From NCBI GenBank assembly GCA_965230295.1, contig OZ246001.1, positions 3,776,001 to 3,840,000 on the forward strand: 64,000 nt of DNA, read 5' to 3'. A model generated the notes under the pieces. The model did not search any database and had not been told where the DNA came from. It worked only from the letters and a program-made list of their open reading frames with translations. Origin of the DNA: Marinicella sp. GTDB taxonomy: Bacteria; Pseudomonadota; Gammaproteobacteria; Xanthomonadales; Marinicellaceae. Within the stretch, counting starts at the first letter, position 1. The number at the start of each line of letters is the position of its first letter. Below, piece after piece: positions 1 to 9,752 of the stretch. The position numbers and the translations under genes are program-made.

Positions 1-293
1 TCTGTTATCGAATTCATAAGCTTGGCATTGTATCTGATTGGCAGTATAGAAATTTTTGTATTGAAATAAGAAAAAGGTATGGAAAGTCCGAACCTGCCTC
101 AATTCAAAGTAAAGGATCTTCTTTGTGGAGGATGATTTTTTCTGAACTCTGGAAAGAAAAGATCACAATAAATCACATTGCCAAAGAGCTTGCGTTACCT
201 GTTAATGAAATCATTGGCCTCACAAAGTTTGAATCCTTGGACGTAGCTGAAAAAGATAAAAACAAAGGAAATAGCCTCAAACTCGTAAATTAA
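1..293 (+). CDS. 3' end of XRE-family HTH / ImmA-IrrE metallopeptidase protein (partial, runs off window)
   Basis: Hand translation of frame 3: CYRIHKLGIVSDWQYRNFCIEIRKRYGKSEP...LKLVN*, resembling the YRLxxLGxxSDWQYRxxCI...EP C-terminus of XRE-ImmA/IrrE proteins; stop TAA at 291-293. Confidence 0.65.
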   Translation, partial: CYRIHKLGIVSDWQYRNFCIEIRKRYGKSEPASIQSKGSSLWRMIFSELWKEKITINHIAKELALPVNEIIGLTKFESLDVAEKDKNKGNSLKLVN

Positions 294-316
294 AAGTAGG
301 ATAAAGTCAAAAATCT

Positions 317-352
317 CACTATGTCCGATACGCTTTAGTATTGGACATAGTG
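317..352. promoter_or_regulatory. Inverted repeat, putative tyrosine-recombinase binding/crossover site
   Basis: cactatgtccgatac-gcttta-gtattggacatagtg: 15-bp arms (1 mismatch), 6-bp spacer, 43 bp upstream of the recombinase ATG. Confidence 0.55.
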
Positions 353-395
353 TGAAAATCCATATATACTGTCGTTTTAGATTTTTATACGTCGC

Positions 396-1637
396 ATGGC
401 AATCAAAAAACCATTTCCTTTGTATCCCTTGTACAGCGAATTAAAAGAAATTTCACTGTCAGATTACCCACAGCTTGAAGCTGAGTTACAAACAATGAAT
501 GACTGGCAAAGACAGCATTTTTGTTGGGGCCAAATGTTTCTAGAATACATTGGAAGAAATAAATCTGAACACACTTACACACGATTTAGAAATGAAACAG
601 AACGATTTCTGCTTTGGTCGATGTACGTAAAAAATAAACCAATCGACACTTTTAAGAAATCTGACATTCTTGAGTATGCAGATTTTTGCTGGAAGCCACC
701 AGCTTCATGGATAGCCACACGCAATCACGATAGATTTGTCTGGGACAATGGATTTTTTACTTCCAACAGATCATGGAAACCTTTCAAACTCCAGGCACCC
801 AAAAGTCAAAAAGACAAAGAGATTTTAAAGAAAAAATATAAACCATCTCAACAAACATTAACCTCAACATTTACAGGAGTGATATCTTTTTTCAACTATT
901 TGATGGGTGAAGAACTGGTGTTGGGAAACCCAGCACAAATTGCTAAAAAAGACTGTAAGCATTTCATCACAGAGTCGCAAATAAAAGAACCCAAGCGGTT
1001 GACTGAAGATCAATGGGAATTTGTTCTGAAAACTGCAGTTTTGATGGCAGATGAAAACCCAATATTTGAACGCAACTTATTCATCATTGCTTCATTGAAA
1101 GTATTGTTTTTAAGGATTTCAGAGCTATCTGAACGCAAAGAATGGTCGCCAGAAATGTCTCATTTTTGGGAAGATGCCACAAAAAACTGGTGGCTACGTG
1201 TGTATGGAAAAGGACGAAAAATAAGAGATGTCACTGTACCTGCAGACTTTTTGCATTTTTTAAAAAGATATCGAGAGTCTAGAAGCCTTAGCCCCCTACC
1301 CGACAGCAGTGATAAATCACCTTTGATTGAAAAAATTCGTGGGACTGGTGGCATGACGTCTCGACATCTTAGGAGACTTGTTCAAGATACTTTTGATCAT
1401 GCGTATAGCTCCATGAGTAAGTCTGCTGGCAAAATCGAAGCAAGAAAGCTTAAAGAAGCCACCACACATTGGCTCAGACACACTGGTGCGAGCATGGAAA
1501 TTGAAAGAGGAAGATCTTTAAAAGATCTATCTGAGGATTTGGGTCATGCCAGTATGGCTACCACTGATACGGTTTATGTACAAACTGAGAATAAAAAGCG
1601 TGCAGAAAGTGGTAAGACCAGAAAAGTCATTAAATAA
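396..1637 (+). CDS. Tyrosine recombinase/integrase
   Basis: Catalytic motifs LRISE (R), GKGRK (K), HWLRH (HxxR), LGH and TVY (Y). Confidence 0.93.
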   Translation: MAIKKPFPLYPLYSELKEISLSDYPQLEAELQTMNDWQRQHFCWGQMFLEYIGRNKSEHTYTRFRNETERFLLWSMYVKNKPIDTFKKSDILEYADFCWKPPASWIATRNHDRFVWDNGFFTSNRSWKPFKLQAPKSQKDKEILKKKYKPSQQTLTSTFTGVISFFNYLMGEELVLGNPAQIAKKDCKHFITESQIKEPKRLTEDQWEFVLKTAVLMADENPIFERNLFIIASLKVLFLRISELSERKEWSPEMSHFWEDATKNWWLRVYGKGRKIRDVTVPADFLHFLKRYRESRSLSPLPDSSDKSPLIEKIRGTGGMTSRHLRRLVQDTFDHAYSSMSKSAGKIEARKLKEATTHWLRHTGASMEIERGRSLKDLSEDLGHASMATTDTVYVQTENKKRAESGKTRKVIK

Positions 1638-1773
1638 AGTTTTCTTTTCAATAGTATAAAAGGCTTTTCTAAAAGTTCAGATCACTTCAATCTGACCGCT
1701 GCTAATACCTTCTACGTATAGGTTTGATGCTCAAACTGTCATTAAATCATAAGAATTGTATATGCGAGGTTGT

Positions 1774-2427
1774 TTAGCCACCTGGTGTAAACAGTTGAAT
1801 GAACTCACTCCAGTCAATGAAGATTGACATGATGGTGGCAACGATGCTTAACAATGCAAGAATACGTGACACTAAATCATATGATTTACTTGTAGCAAGC
1901 GTGTCGTATCTTTGTTGGTTAATGATGCCAAAGAATTTGAGTAGTCCAATGGGTGCTCTGATGATCCGTTTAATGCCTCTGGGGTAAAGGTTTGCAAAAG
2001 AATAGCTGAGTTCGGGTGATTTCTGTAACTGTTCCAACTGTCCATTTAACTTCAACAATGTGTCATTTAAACGGTTGTATACCTCCGTGGCCAAACGCCC
2101 TGTGCTTGTTAAGAGTTCATCCCTTAATTCCGGAACAAAATTAAGAAACAATTGATAATTCGTGTGGATATATGATGCACCAATTGGCTGGTATTGAAAT
2201 CGTGTACCGAACTTGTTTGATATTGACTGCATCTTTTGTGATGATTTCATCAGCCATGAATATTGATCATCAGAACGTGCACGTGTTTTGTAATACTCAG
2301 TCAATTTATCTTGGTAAAGAATAATGAATTCATTTTGATCGGATATTGACTGTTTCATCTTTGCAACGCTCATAAAACCTAGCAAGTAAGGTAGCGACAA
2401 AATGCCGATGATGATTATGTATTCCAT
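1774..2427 (-). CDS. Hypothetical membrane protein (N- and C-terminal hydrophobic helices)
   Basis: 217-aa ORF with hydrophobic segments at both ends. Confidence 0.7.
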   Translation of the reverse strand: MEYIIIIGILSLPYLLGFMSVAKMKQSISDQNEFIILYQDKLTEYYKTRARSDDQYSWLMKSSQKMQSISNKFGTRFQYQPIGASYIHTNYQLFLNFVPELRDELLTSTGRLATEVYNRLNDTLLKLNGQLEQLQKSPELSYSFANLYPRGIKRIIRAPIGLLKFFGIINQQRYDTLATSKSYDLVSRILALLSIVATIMSIFIDWSEFIQLFTPGG

Positions 2428-2715
2428 ATACTATTTGATTGATTTTGGTGTTTTGGGGCCCGGCGCATGCAAAAAAATAGATATCAACATCATTAGCACA
2501 CATCCTTCACTCGCAAGACAATGTACATCAATCAATAATAAATGTATACCGTCATGCTTTGATAAGCATGATCTGATGCGCCGTACACTGAACCTTAACT
2601 TTCCACATCACTCAAAGTATCAAAATATAAAAAGCAAGCAAATAAAACCCTTAATATCTGCAGCTTAAGTGATCACTGATGCATAATTTGGCTGGATATT
2701 GTCCAACACCCTTCT

Positions 2716-2922
2716 AAAGCTCGCAAACTTAAAGAAGCCACAACTCATTAGCTACGTCATACAGGAGCCAGTATGGAGATTGAACGTGGACATGCTTTAA
2801 AAGATCTGTCGGAAGATTTAGGACATGCGAGCATGGCAATGACTGATACTGTCTATGTTCAAACTGAGAATAAAGTCAGAGCTGAAAGCGGAAAAAGTAG
2901 AAAAGTTGACTCTGAAAAGTAA
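2716..2922 (+). pseudogene. Remnant of the 3' end of a paralogue of the 396-1637 recombinase
   Basis: Translates KARKLKEATTH*LRHTGASMEIERGHALKDLSEDLGHASMAMTDTVYVQTENKVRAESGKSRKVDSEK*, nearly identical to the C-terminus of 396-1637 but with W replaced by TAG and no 5' part. Confidence 0.9.
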
Positions 2923-2994
2923 ACTGTTTCAATAGCTTACATAGGTTTGGTGTCCATTTTTGGTTAAATCCGGCACTTCACCCTATATTCATTG

Positions 2995-3007
2995 TAAGTC
3001 ATTGATT
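2995..3007 (-). promoter_or_regulatory. IHF-like binding site
   Basis: Reverse complement AATCAATGACTTA fits WATCAANNNNTTR; lies between the recombinase remnant and the second recombinase. Confidence 0.4.
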
Positions 3008-3190
3008 TCACACTTGGCAGGGATTTTTTGAGTGTACAAATAACAAATTCTGAACGGATATAAATACACAAATGCAATCATATCCGCATATTACGGGCTA
3101 AAAGTTGATTTTGAGGTTTTTTTCTTTGGATATGATTCTGCGCCAGGTCGTCAGGTAACACTTAGTTAGCATATTTCCACCCATTAATTA

Positions 3191-3218
3191 GTACCACATA
3201 AAACACGTTATGTTATAC
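3191..3218 (+). promoter_or_regulatory. dif-like 28-bp recombination site
   Basis: gtaccacataa-aacacg-ttatgttatac: 11-6-11 layout resembling E. coli dif (ggtgcgcataa-tgtata-ttatgttaaat), 27 bp upstream of the recombinase ATG. Confidence 0.6.
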
Positions 3219-3245
3219 TAATAGGGCATTCATAGATTAGCCAGA

Positions 3246-4196
3246 ATGGACCTAACTACACTCAATAATTCCCAGCTACCTTCTATTATTACTGTTGAGC
3301 CAGTAGCAACGCAGAAAGCTTTCATCAATTTCTTTACTGCATCGATACAAAATTCCAATACACGCCAGGCATATTACAGGAACACATTGCGTTTTTTAAA
3401 ATGGGTGATGGCCAGACAAATGAAGTTAGGAGATGTTGAGCCATTTCATGTAGCAGCATATAGGGAAGTGCTGATCAAAGATTTATCAGCACCAACAGTC
3501 AAGCAACATCTATCTGCATTGAAAATGCTGTTTGATTTTATGGTAGAAAAACAGTGCATTGCATTTAATCCTGCTGCAGGTGTAAAACCACCCAAGCACT
3601 CATACAAGAATGGCAAAACACCAAAGCTGACCCAAGAACAAACAAGGATGTTCTTTGATAGTATGGATGGTACTAAGTTAATTGATTACCGAGACAGGGC
3701 TTTAATTTCGGTTATGCTTTTTTCATTTGCACGTATTTCAGCGACCGTTGGAATGCGAATATGTGATTACCGAGTAAATGGACGAGAAGCTGAGTTTTTG
3801 CTGATCGATAAAGGAGGGCAGGAGAAAATAATACCAGTACATCATATAGCAGCTAGGTATGTAGATGAATACATAGAACAAGCTGGTTTTCACTCACAGT
3901 CTAACGAATATCTGTTCCGTAGTTTTGAAAAAGGTAAATCTGAATTATCAAATAAGCCACTTGACCGAACGAATGCCTGGGCAATGGTTAAACGTAGAGC
4001 GAAAAGGGCTGGCCTATCTAATTTAATTTCAAACCATACATTCCGGGGAACAGGTATGACTAATTTTTTAGAAAATGGCGGAGAACTAGAAATTGCTCAA
4101 GAAATAGCTGGACACTCTGACGTAAGAACTACAAAATTGTACGATGGAAGAAAACATAAAGCGACAAAATCAGAAATTGAAAGAATAAGGTTTTAA
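3246..4196 (+). CDS. Tyrosine recombinase (Xer-like resolvase/integrase)
   Basis: N-terminal VKQHLSALKMLFD...NPA; catalytic ARIS (R), DKGG (K), HTFR, AGH, KLYD (Y). Confidence 0.93.
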   Translation: MDLTTLNNSQLPSIITVEPVATQKAFINFFTASIQNSNTRQAYYRNTLRFLKWVMARQMKLGDVEPFHVAAYREVLIKDLSAPTVKQHLSALKMLFDFMVEKQCIAFNPAAGVKPPKHSYKNGKTPKLTQEQTRMFFDSMDGTKLIDYRDRALISVMLFSFARISATVGMRICDYRVNGREAEFLLIDKGGQEKIIPVHHIAARYVDEYIEQAGFHSQSNEYLFRSFEKGKSELSNKPLDRTNAWAMVKRRAKRAGLSNLISNHTFRGTGMTNFLENGGELEIAQEIAGHSDVRTTKLYDGRKHKATKSEIERIRF

Positions 4197-4317
4197 TCTG
4201 TTACTTCTATTATTCAAAGGAGGGATAAAATTAATCAAGTTAGATCCATAATATTTTAGAAGTGGTATTTATTTCTAAAATGGACTTCAAAAACATAACT
4301 TTTTAGGAGAAATTATA

Positions 4318-5451
4318 GTGGCTTCAACTGATGCAGAACTTATTGAATTCTTTGAACTGAATCAAGGGACTCTTACTCAGGAGAGGAGTGATTTCTTACT
4401 GCCTCAAATTGTAGATTTTGTTGTTGATAGAAAATGGATTAATGCATCACCCGAATATCAGAGGCGTCAAGTATGGGACAACAAAAAGAAATCTCGGCTT
4501 ATTGAGTCTTTATTAATGAATGTTCCAATACCACCTATTTACCTTTTTGAAAATGATTACAACCGCTACGAAGTTATGGATGGTCAACAAAGGCTTCATG
4601 CTGTAGTAGACTTTTATAAAAATACGCTCAAATTGACCGGCCTTGATTCTTGGAAGTCTTTTAATGGCCTAACATATGACAGTCTTCCAGAGAAAATTAA
4701 AAGAGGCTTAGATAGAAGACGCTTAAATTCAACCGTAATAATAACAGATCTAAAAAATCAAGCTTACGACACATCGGATATAAGACGACAAGTTTTTGAT
4801 AGGCTTAACACTGGCGGTATGCCACTTCAAGCTCATGAACTCCGTAACTGCCTATTTCCAGGTAAGTTTAATAAATTATTAATTGAACTTTCATCCCACC
4901 CAATTTTTACTGATGCATTTAAGATACCTCGTCATTCTGCTCATGTAACTCAGGGGGGAAGAATAAACCCAACATTAGCAAAAAATTCTTTGTTCAGAAG
5001 AATGAAAGACTGTGAGTATGTACTTCGTTTCTTTGCCTTTCGACCAGAGAAAGCTATCAGAAGCTCAATCCCTAAAATTTTAGACCGGTGCATGGAAGAG
5101 AATCTTGAATGCAATGAAACAACAGTTAATAAGTTTAGATTAGACTTTGAAAGATGCCTAAATCTATCAAGTCAAATGTTTGAAGAAAAGGTGTTTCAGT
5201 TGCCTGGTAGCTATGGAAATGGTAAGGCATCTGTACCATTGTATGATGCAACAATGATTGCGATTGATCGATTGAAAGGACATGATGATGAGCTGTTAAA
5301 AGCAGGCCCCAAAGCCATGAAAATTTTAGAAGAGAAATTAGAAGATACCAATTACTATGAAATAGTTATTGGTAAAACTGGTACAGCTAAAGCTATGAAG
5401 GCTAGAATAAATCTTCTAACAGCAATACTTAAAGAGGCAGCGAATATTTGA
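4318..5451 (+). CDS. DUF262 (ParB-like / GmrSD N-terminal) domain protein
   Basis: PEYQRRQVW, LIESLLMNVPIPPIYL, VMDGQQRL and FDRLNTGG are DUF262 hallmarks; GTG start after an AGGAG RBS. Confidence 0.88.
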   Translation: MASTDAELIEFFELNQGTLTQERSDFLLPQIVDFVVDRKWINASPEYQRRQVWDNKKKSRLIESLLMNVPIPPIYLFENDYNRYEVMDGQQRLHAVVDFYKNTLKLTGLDSWKSFNGLTYDSLPEKIKRGLDRRRLNSTVIITDLKNQAYDTSDIRRQVFDRLNTGGMPLQAHELRNCLFPGKFNKLLIELSSHPIFTDAFKIPRHSAHVTQGGRINPTLAKNSLFRRMKDCEYVLRFFAFRPEKAIRSSIPKILDRCMEENLECNETTVNKFRLDFERCLNLSSQMFEEKVFQLPGSYGNGKASVPLYDATMIAIDRLKGHDDELLKAGPKAMKILEEKLEDTNYYEIVIGKTGTAKAMKARINLLTAILKEAANI

Positions 5452-6242
5452 TGCCACTTTCTAATACTTTGAAAGCATTTGAGGCGAGGCTTGATGAGAT
5501 AGCTACACATCAACAATTTGTTTCCTCTTCTTTGAAAATAGGCAGAGAAGCTTCTTCTTATTGGGATTACAAGACACTCACACAAGTGAATAATATTAAA
5601 AGTTTAGTTAATGAACATCAAGCTGGAAGTAAGCAAGTTCGGCTTGAAGATTTATGTGGTGCGTTATCTGTACAATTATTTGCTGCTGTTGAGTGGTTTA
5701 TTGGTCAAACATTAACTAAGTCTGTGCAAAGAATTAGTAATTTAGTTGAAAATTTTGATGATCTTCCTCCCGAGGTTAACAAAAACCATATCATTCTGAC
5801 AGGAAGGGCTCTTACTAGAATATTTGAGTCACCACCTCATGAACGTTTAGATAAAGATAAATTATTTAGAAGCCTTTCAGGATGTGTAAAAGGTAGTAAG
5901 TCTTTTGAGATTAATGACGACATTTTTTCATTTTATTTACCTAATATTGATTCAACCAACTTATCTAAATGCTTATTAAGAATTGGATTAAAACTTGATT
6001 GGGATTTAATTGGTGAAAATAAAAATTTACAAAAACTTTTTCAAGTGACATCCAAGAGAAAGACTGCTAATGAATGTTCAACTTTTTTAGATCAGTGTGC
6101 AAAAAACAGAAATGCTGTTGCACACAGAGGTGATGGTTCTGCTACCACTGAATTTGAAGAGCTTACAAAACAGATTTTTTTCTTTAGGAATTTATCCAAG
6201 TCATTGGTTGAACAGGTTATTTCACATTTAAATCAAATTTAA
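5448..6242 (+). CDS. HEPN-domain protein (MAE_28990/RiboL-PSP-like), putative RNase effector
   Basis: RNAVAH = HEPN Rx4H motif near the C-terminus, E motif in FAAVEWF; 4-bp overlap with the DUF262 gene. Confidence 0.75.
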   Translation: MMPLSNTLKAFEARLDEIATHQQFVSSSLKIGREASSYWDYKTLTQVNNIKSLVNEHQAGSKQVRLEDLCGALSVQLFAAVEWFIGQTLTKSVQRISNLVENFDDLPPEVNKNHIILTGRALTRIFESPPHERLDKDKLFRSLSGCVKGSKSFEINDDIFSFYLPNIDSTNLSKCLLRIGLKLDWDLIGENKNLQKLFQVTSKRKTANECSTFLDQCAKNRNAVAHRGDGSATTEFEELTKQIFFFRNLSKSLVEQVISHLNQI

Positions 6243-6309
6243 TAGAATTTTGGGCTACAAGTATCATCAGTATTATTTCTTTAAAATTCATAAAATATTA
6301 CTGGATACC

Positions 6310-6533
6310 AAATTAACCACTTTAATAGGAAATTAACTCCTTTAGTTGTAGAAAAGTAACCACTTTGGTTGGACGTCCAAAACTAAAGATACAACTAAAC
6401 CACTAAACATAATCAGCTCGTAAGTTATTGATTTTCCCATTCTGAAACAACTTTTACAACTAACCTACTAAACAAAATGGCTTGGATTGCTCAATTATTT
6501 CTGAAGTTCTTATTAACAACTAACCCACTAAAC
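6310..6533. repeat. Clustered short direct repeats plus IHF site (att-arm-like)
   Basis: aaa(t/g)taac(ca/tc)cttt at 6310, 6330, 6353; acaactaa(ac/ct/cc)-type 18-mers ending actaaac at 6391, 6456, 6516; IHF-like taagttattgatt at 6421-6433. Confidence 0.55.
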
Positions 6534-7481
6534 TAACACACCACGATTAGTTCTAATAATTTCATGATTAGTTTAAATCCTATTTCACCTAGGTTTAAGC
6601 TTGGTGTAGGGGGCATCGAAACCTTTCCGTATTACCAAGGCTGCTGAACCTTGTAGACAAAAACACAATAACATGAAATGTGAAAGAAACAGTGCCTGGA
6701 GAAGGTTCAAAAATATAACTCCAATTCCTAGTAATGTACGTTTATATTTAATATGCTCGCCCAACCAACCTGGTCTGGATTTAACACTGATTCTGGTTTT
6801 TTCGTGACTCTAATTTCACTCATTATTTTCCTTCTTTATTGGGAACATAGCATTTATACCTTTATAAACGCTCAATTTTCCTAACACATTAGGAAAATAG
6901 TTTACCTGTACACCGGAGCAGTCTGTTCTTCCAATATTTTGGTATGGGTTAAAGTTGGGCAGGTTTTACCCGATTCCACTATCTTCGTGATAGTGTGTTA
7001 CAAAGTTTGGTTTATTTCATTCCAATTTTCATCATCTTATCTTTTAATACTTTTAAAACATTAACTGCTACAAAATTTATTTAAAATTCAACAAATTTAA
7101 TAACTGTCATGAGGCATGTTTATTAAGCTGAGTGAATATGCAATTGAAGTCTATGAGCCAGTGTCTCATTAATGTCAACTTGTTCGTGCCTTTGATTTAG
7201 ATTTTGAATTAAAAAAGGGTTTGAGCAATTATTTAAGGCATTCAAGCATGAATCAAGTTTCAATTGCAGATGATCTAGAAGCCAAAATAAAAGCGTGCCT
7301 TAAAAAGGCGGGTTTAACGTAAAAAAAAGTTCATATTGCTAGGTCTCTGGATTAGTGAAATTAATGTTTTGGCAACATCGTTAAGATGTTGATGAGACTA
7401 TCTATTAGCAAGGTCTTGTCATATCACTATTCTGTTAAAAGACATTAATTAATCTCAAACAACTAAATGCGGAGATAAAAA

Positions 7482-9752
7482 ATGATAAGCATGATTCATA
7501 AGTCCCTATTTATCCTTGGGTTGATTATATTGAGCATAAAGTCTAATGCTTGCGGTGGCAATACTGATATGTTTGTTACCACATGGCAAACAAACATTGC
7601 AAACCCAAATGAGCAATCTTTACATATTGTTCTAACCAATGGTGGATTTGATGACTATAGCTATAATGTAGATTGGGACTGTGACGGCGAGTTTGATGAA
7701 ACAGATATTACTGGTGATTTGGTTCACACATTTGGTTCCCCTGGCACATACCAAATTGGTATATATGGTGATTTTCCATCTTTCAAATTAGTTCACAGCG
7801 CAATAAACGAGAAGCAGAAACTAGTTGGAATTGAACAATGGGGTACCAACAACTGGAGGAGCATGTCAAGGGCGTTTCAAGGTGCTTCTAATTTAGTTGT
7901 TAACGCAACTGATATTCCAAATCTTTCATCTGTGAGCGGATTGAATAACATGTTTGAAGGTGCCACCTATGCCAACCCAGATGTAAGCAACTGGGATCTT
8001 TCAAATATAGATAATATTTCAGGCATGTTCCGCGCGGTAAACTTTAACCCTGATGTCAGCAATTGGGATACATCTAATATTGTAACAATGGTCCGAGTTT
8101 TTGAAAATGCATTGGGCGCGGAACCTGATGTCAGCAACTGGAATACCTCCTCAGTTACCAACATGAGCTATATGTTCTCTGGAGCGAGCAGTGCTGACCC
8201 TGATGTAAGTGGTTGGGATACCTCCAACGTAACCAACATGAGTAATATGTTTTCTGGAGCGAGCAGCGCTGAGCCTGATGTAAGTAGTTGGGATACCTCC
8301 AATGTGACCAGAATGAACTCAATGTTTCGAGATGCTACCAAGGCTAACCCTGATGTAAGTGGTTGGGACACCTCCAACGTGACCTACATGAGTAGTATGT
8401 TTTTTGGAGCGAGCAGTGCTGAGCCTGATGTAAGTGGTTGGGACACCTCTAACGTGACCAGCATGGTCTCAATGTTTTTTGGAGCGAGCAATGCTAACCC
8501 TGATGTAAGTGGTTGGGATACTTCCAACGTGACTGACATGAGCGCAATGTATTATGGAGCGAGCAATGCTAATCCTGATGTAAGTGGTTGGGATACCTCC
8601 AATGTGACCAGAATGAACTCAATGTTTCGAGATGCTACCAAGGCTAACCCTGATGTAAGTGGTTGGGATACTTCCAACGTGACTGACATGAGCCTAATGT
8701 ATTATGGAGCGAGCAATGCTAATCCCGATGTAAGTGATTGGGATACTTCCAACGTGCTCAACATGGGTTTTATGTTTTTTGAAGCGAGCAGTGCTAACCC
8801 TGATGTAAGCGGTTGGGATACTTCCAACGTGACTGACATGAGCGCAATGTATTATGGAGCGAGCAATGCTAACCCTGATGTAAGTGATTGGGATACTTCC
8901 AACGTGGTCAACATGGGTTCTATGTTTTTTGAAGCGAGCAGTGCTAACCCTGATGTAAGCGGTTGGGATACTTCCAACGTGACCAACATGGGTTTTATGT
9001 TTTTTGAAGCGAGCAGCGCTAACCCTGATGTAAGTGGGTGGGACACCTCCAACGTGACCAACATGAATTTTATGTTTTCTGGAGCGAGCAACGCTCACCC
9101 AAATATACTTTCCTGGAACATTGAAATGGTAATCCATATGTATAAATTCTTGACTGATTCATCTCTACCACCGAGGCAATATGACCTAACACTCCAAAAC
9201 TTTGCTTCTCAAAATGTTCAAAGTGATGTCGATTTTTCTGCAGGGGATTCTTGGTACTGTGATGATGTTAATAGGCAGGTACTTATTAATAAAGGCTGGG
9301 ATATTTTCGATGCAGGTCAAGGCTGTGGTTTGGACTTGTCAGTTTCCATAAATAATATTGCCCCTCATGTAGTTGGTGGAGAGATAGTGAAATACATTGT
9401 TACGGTAAAGAACACTGGATATGAGGACTCACTACCAGGAAACTCAACACTGGAAATCAATTATTCTCCAGCTCATTTTAACCTAGTAAGCTTCGAGTGT
9501 TTATCACTTGTCAATGCAACTTGTTTTGACGATGGCGGCATATTAAGTTTTACAATTGATGCATTTGCTGAGAGCGAGATGAAGGTGTTGATATCGGCAG
9601 TACCGAATGCTTTAATTGGTTCACAGGTGAATATGCAAAGCAACATTTCAGTGGTTAATCAGGAGGACCTGTTTATGCCAGATAATCAAGACGAACTGAT
9701 CGAAGTTGTTCTGGCTTCTGATGATCCTATTTTTTACAGTCGTTTTGACTAA
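7482..9752 (+). CDS. Secreted DUF285/BspA-type repeat surface protein with DUF11-like C-terminal domain and DPIFYSRFD tail
   Basis: Signal peptide, PKD-like VDWDCDG...HTF, ~15 repeats of the 25-aa unit NPDVSGWDTSNVTxMxxMFxGASxA, DLSVS...YIVTVKNTG Ig-like domain. Confidence 0.88.
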   Translation: MISMIHKSLFILGLIILSIKSNACGGNTDMFVTTWQTNIANPNEQSLHIVLTNGGFDDYSYNVDWDCDGEFDETDITGDLVHTFGSPGTYQIGIYGDFPSFKLVHSAINEKQKLVGIEQWGTNNWRSMSRAFQGASNLVVNATDIPNLSSVSGLNNMFEGATYANPDVSNWDLSNIDNISGMFRAVNFNPDVSNWDTSNIVTMVRVFENALGAEPDVSNWNTSSVTNMSYMFSGASSADPDVSGWDTSNVTNMSNMFSGASSAEPDVSSWDTSNVTRMNSMFRDATKANPDVSGWDTSNVTYMSSMFFGASSAEPDVSGWDTSNVTSMVSMFFGASNANPDVSGWDTSNVTDMSAMYYGASNANPDVSGWDTSNVTRMNSMFRDATKANPDVSGWDTSNVTDMSLMYYGASNANPDVSDWDTSNVLNMGFMFFEASSANPDVSGWDTSNVTDMSAMYYGASNANPDVSDWDTSNVVNMGSMFFEASSANPDVSGWDTSNVTNMGFMFFEASSANPDVSGWDTSNVTNMNFMFSGASNAHPNILSWNIEMVIHMYKFLTDSSLPPRQYDLTLQNFASQNVQSDVDFSAGDSWYCDDVNRQVLINKGWDIFDAGQGCGLDLSVSINNIAPHVVGGEIVKYIVTVKNTGYEDSLPGNSTLEINYSPAHFNLVSFECLSLVNATCFDDGGILSFTIDAFAESEMKVLISAVPNALIGSQVNMQSNISVVNQEDLFMPDNQDELIEVVLASDDPIFYSRFD

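Noticed and set aside
2402-2668. 88-aa ORF (and similar short ORFs at 50027-50282, 61218-61685, 63534-63716)
   Set aside because: No recognisable motifs; they overlap other genes or promoter regions and are likely spurious
6391-6533. Three 18-bp repeats with 42-47-bp gaps as a mini CRISPR array
   Set aside because: Repeats are too short, degenerate and non-palindromic, and there are no cas genes; better explained as protein-binding sites
6602-6630. tggtgtagggggcatcgaaacc as the reverse complement of a tRNA/tmRNA 3' end
   Set aside because: Only a loose resemblance and no cloverleaf can be built; at most an eroded att remnant
7371-7433. TGCAAC-type promoter before the 7482 gene
   Set aside because: ggcaac/tgagac half-sites and the -10 spacing are off by 1-2 bp; too degenerate to count
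7967-9137. Antisense and alternate-frame ORFs over repeat genes (also at 11111, 17823-18895, 28751-40937, 51564-52074, 56388, 58195)
   Set aside because: Shadow ORFs produced by repetitive, stop-poor coding sequence; no RBS or independent homology
9720-9752. C-terminal tails as BAM beta-signal, T9SS CTD or PEP-CTERM/GlyGly-CTERM
   Set aside because: No beta-barrel and the final residue is not aromatic; far shorter than a T9SS CTD; no TM helix or basic cluster
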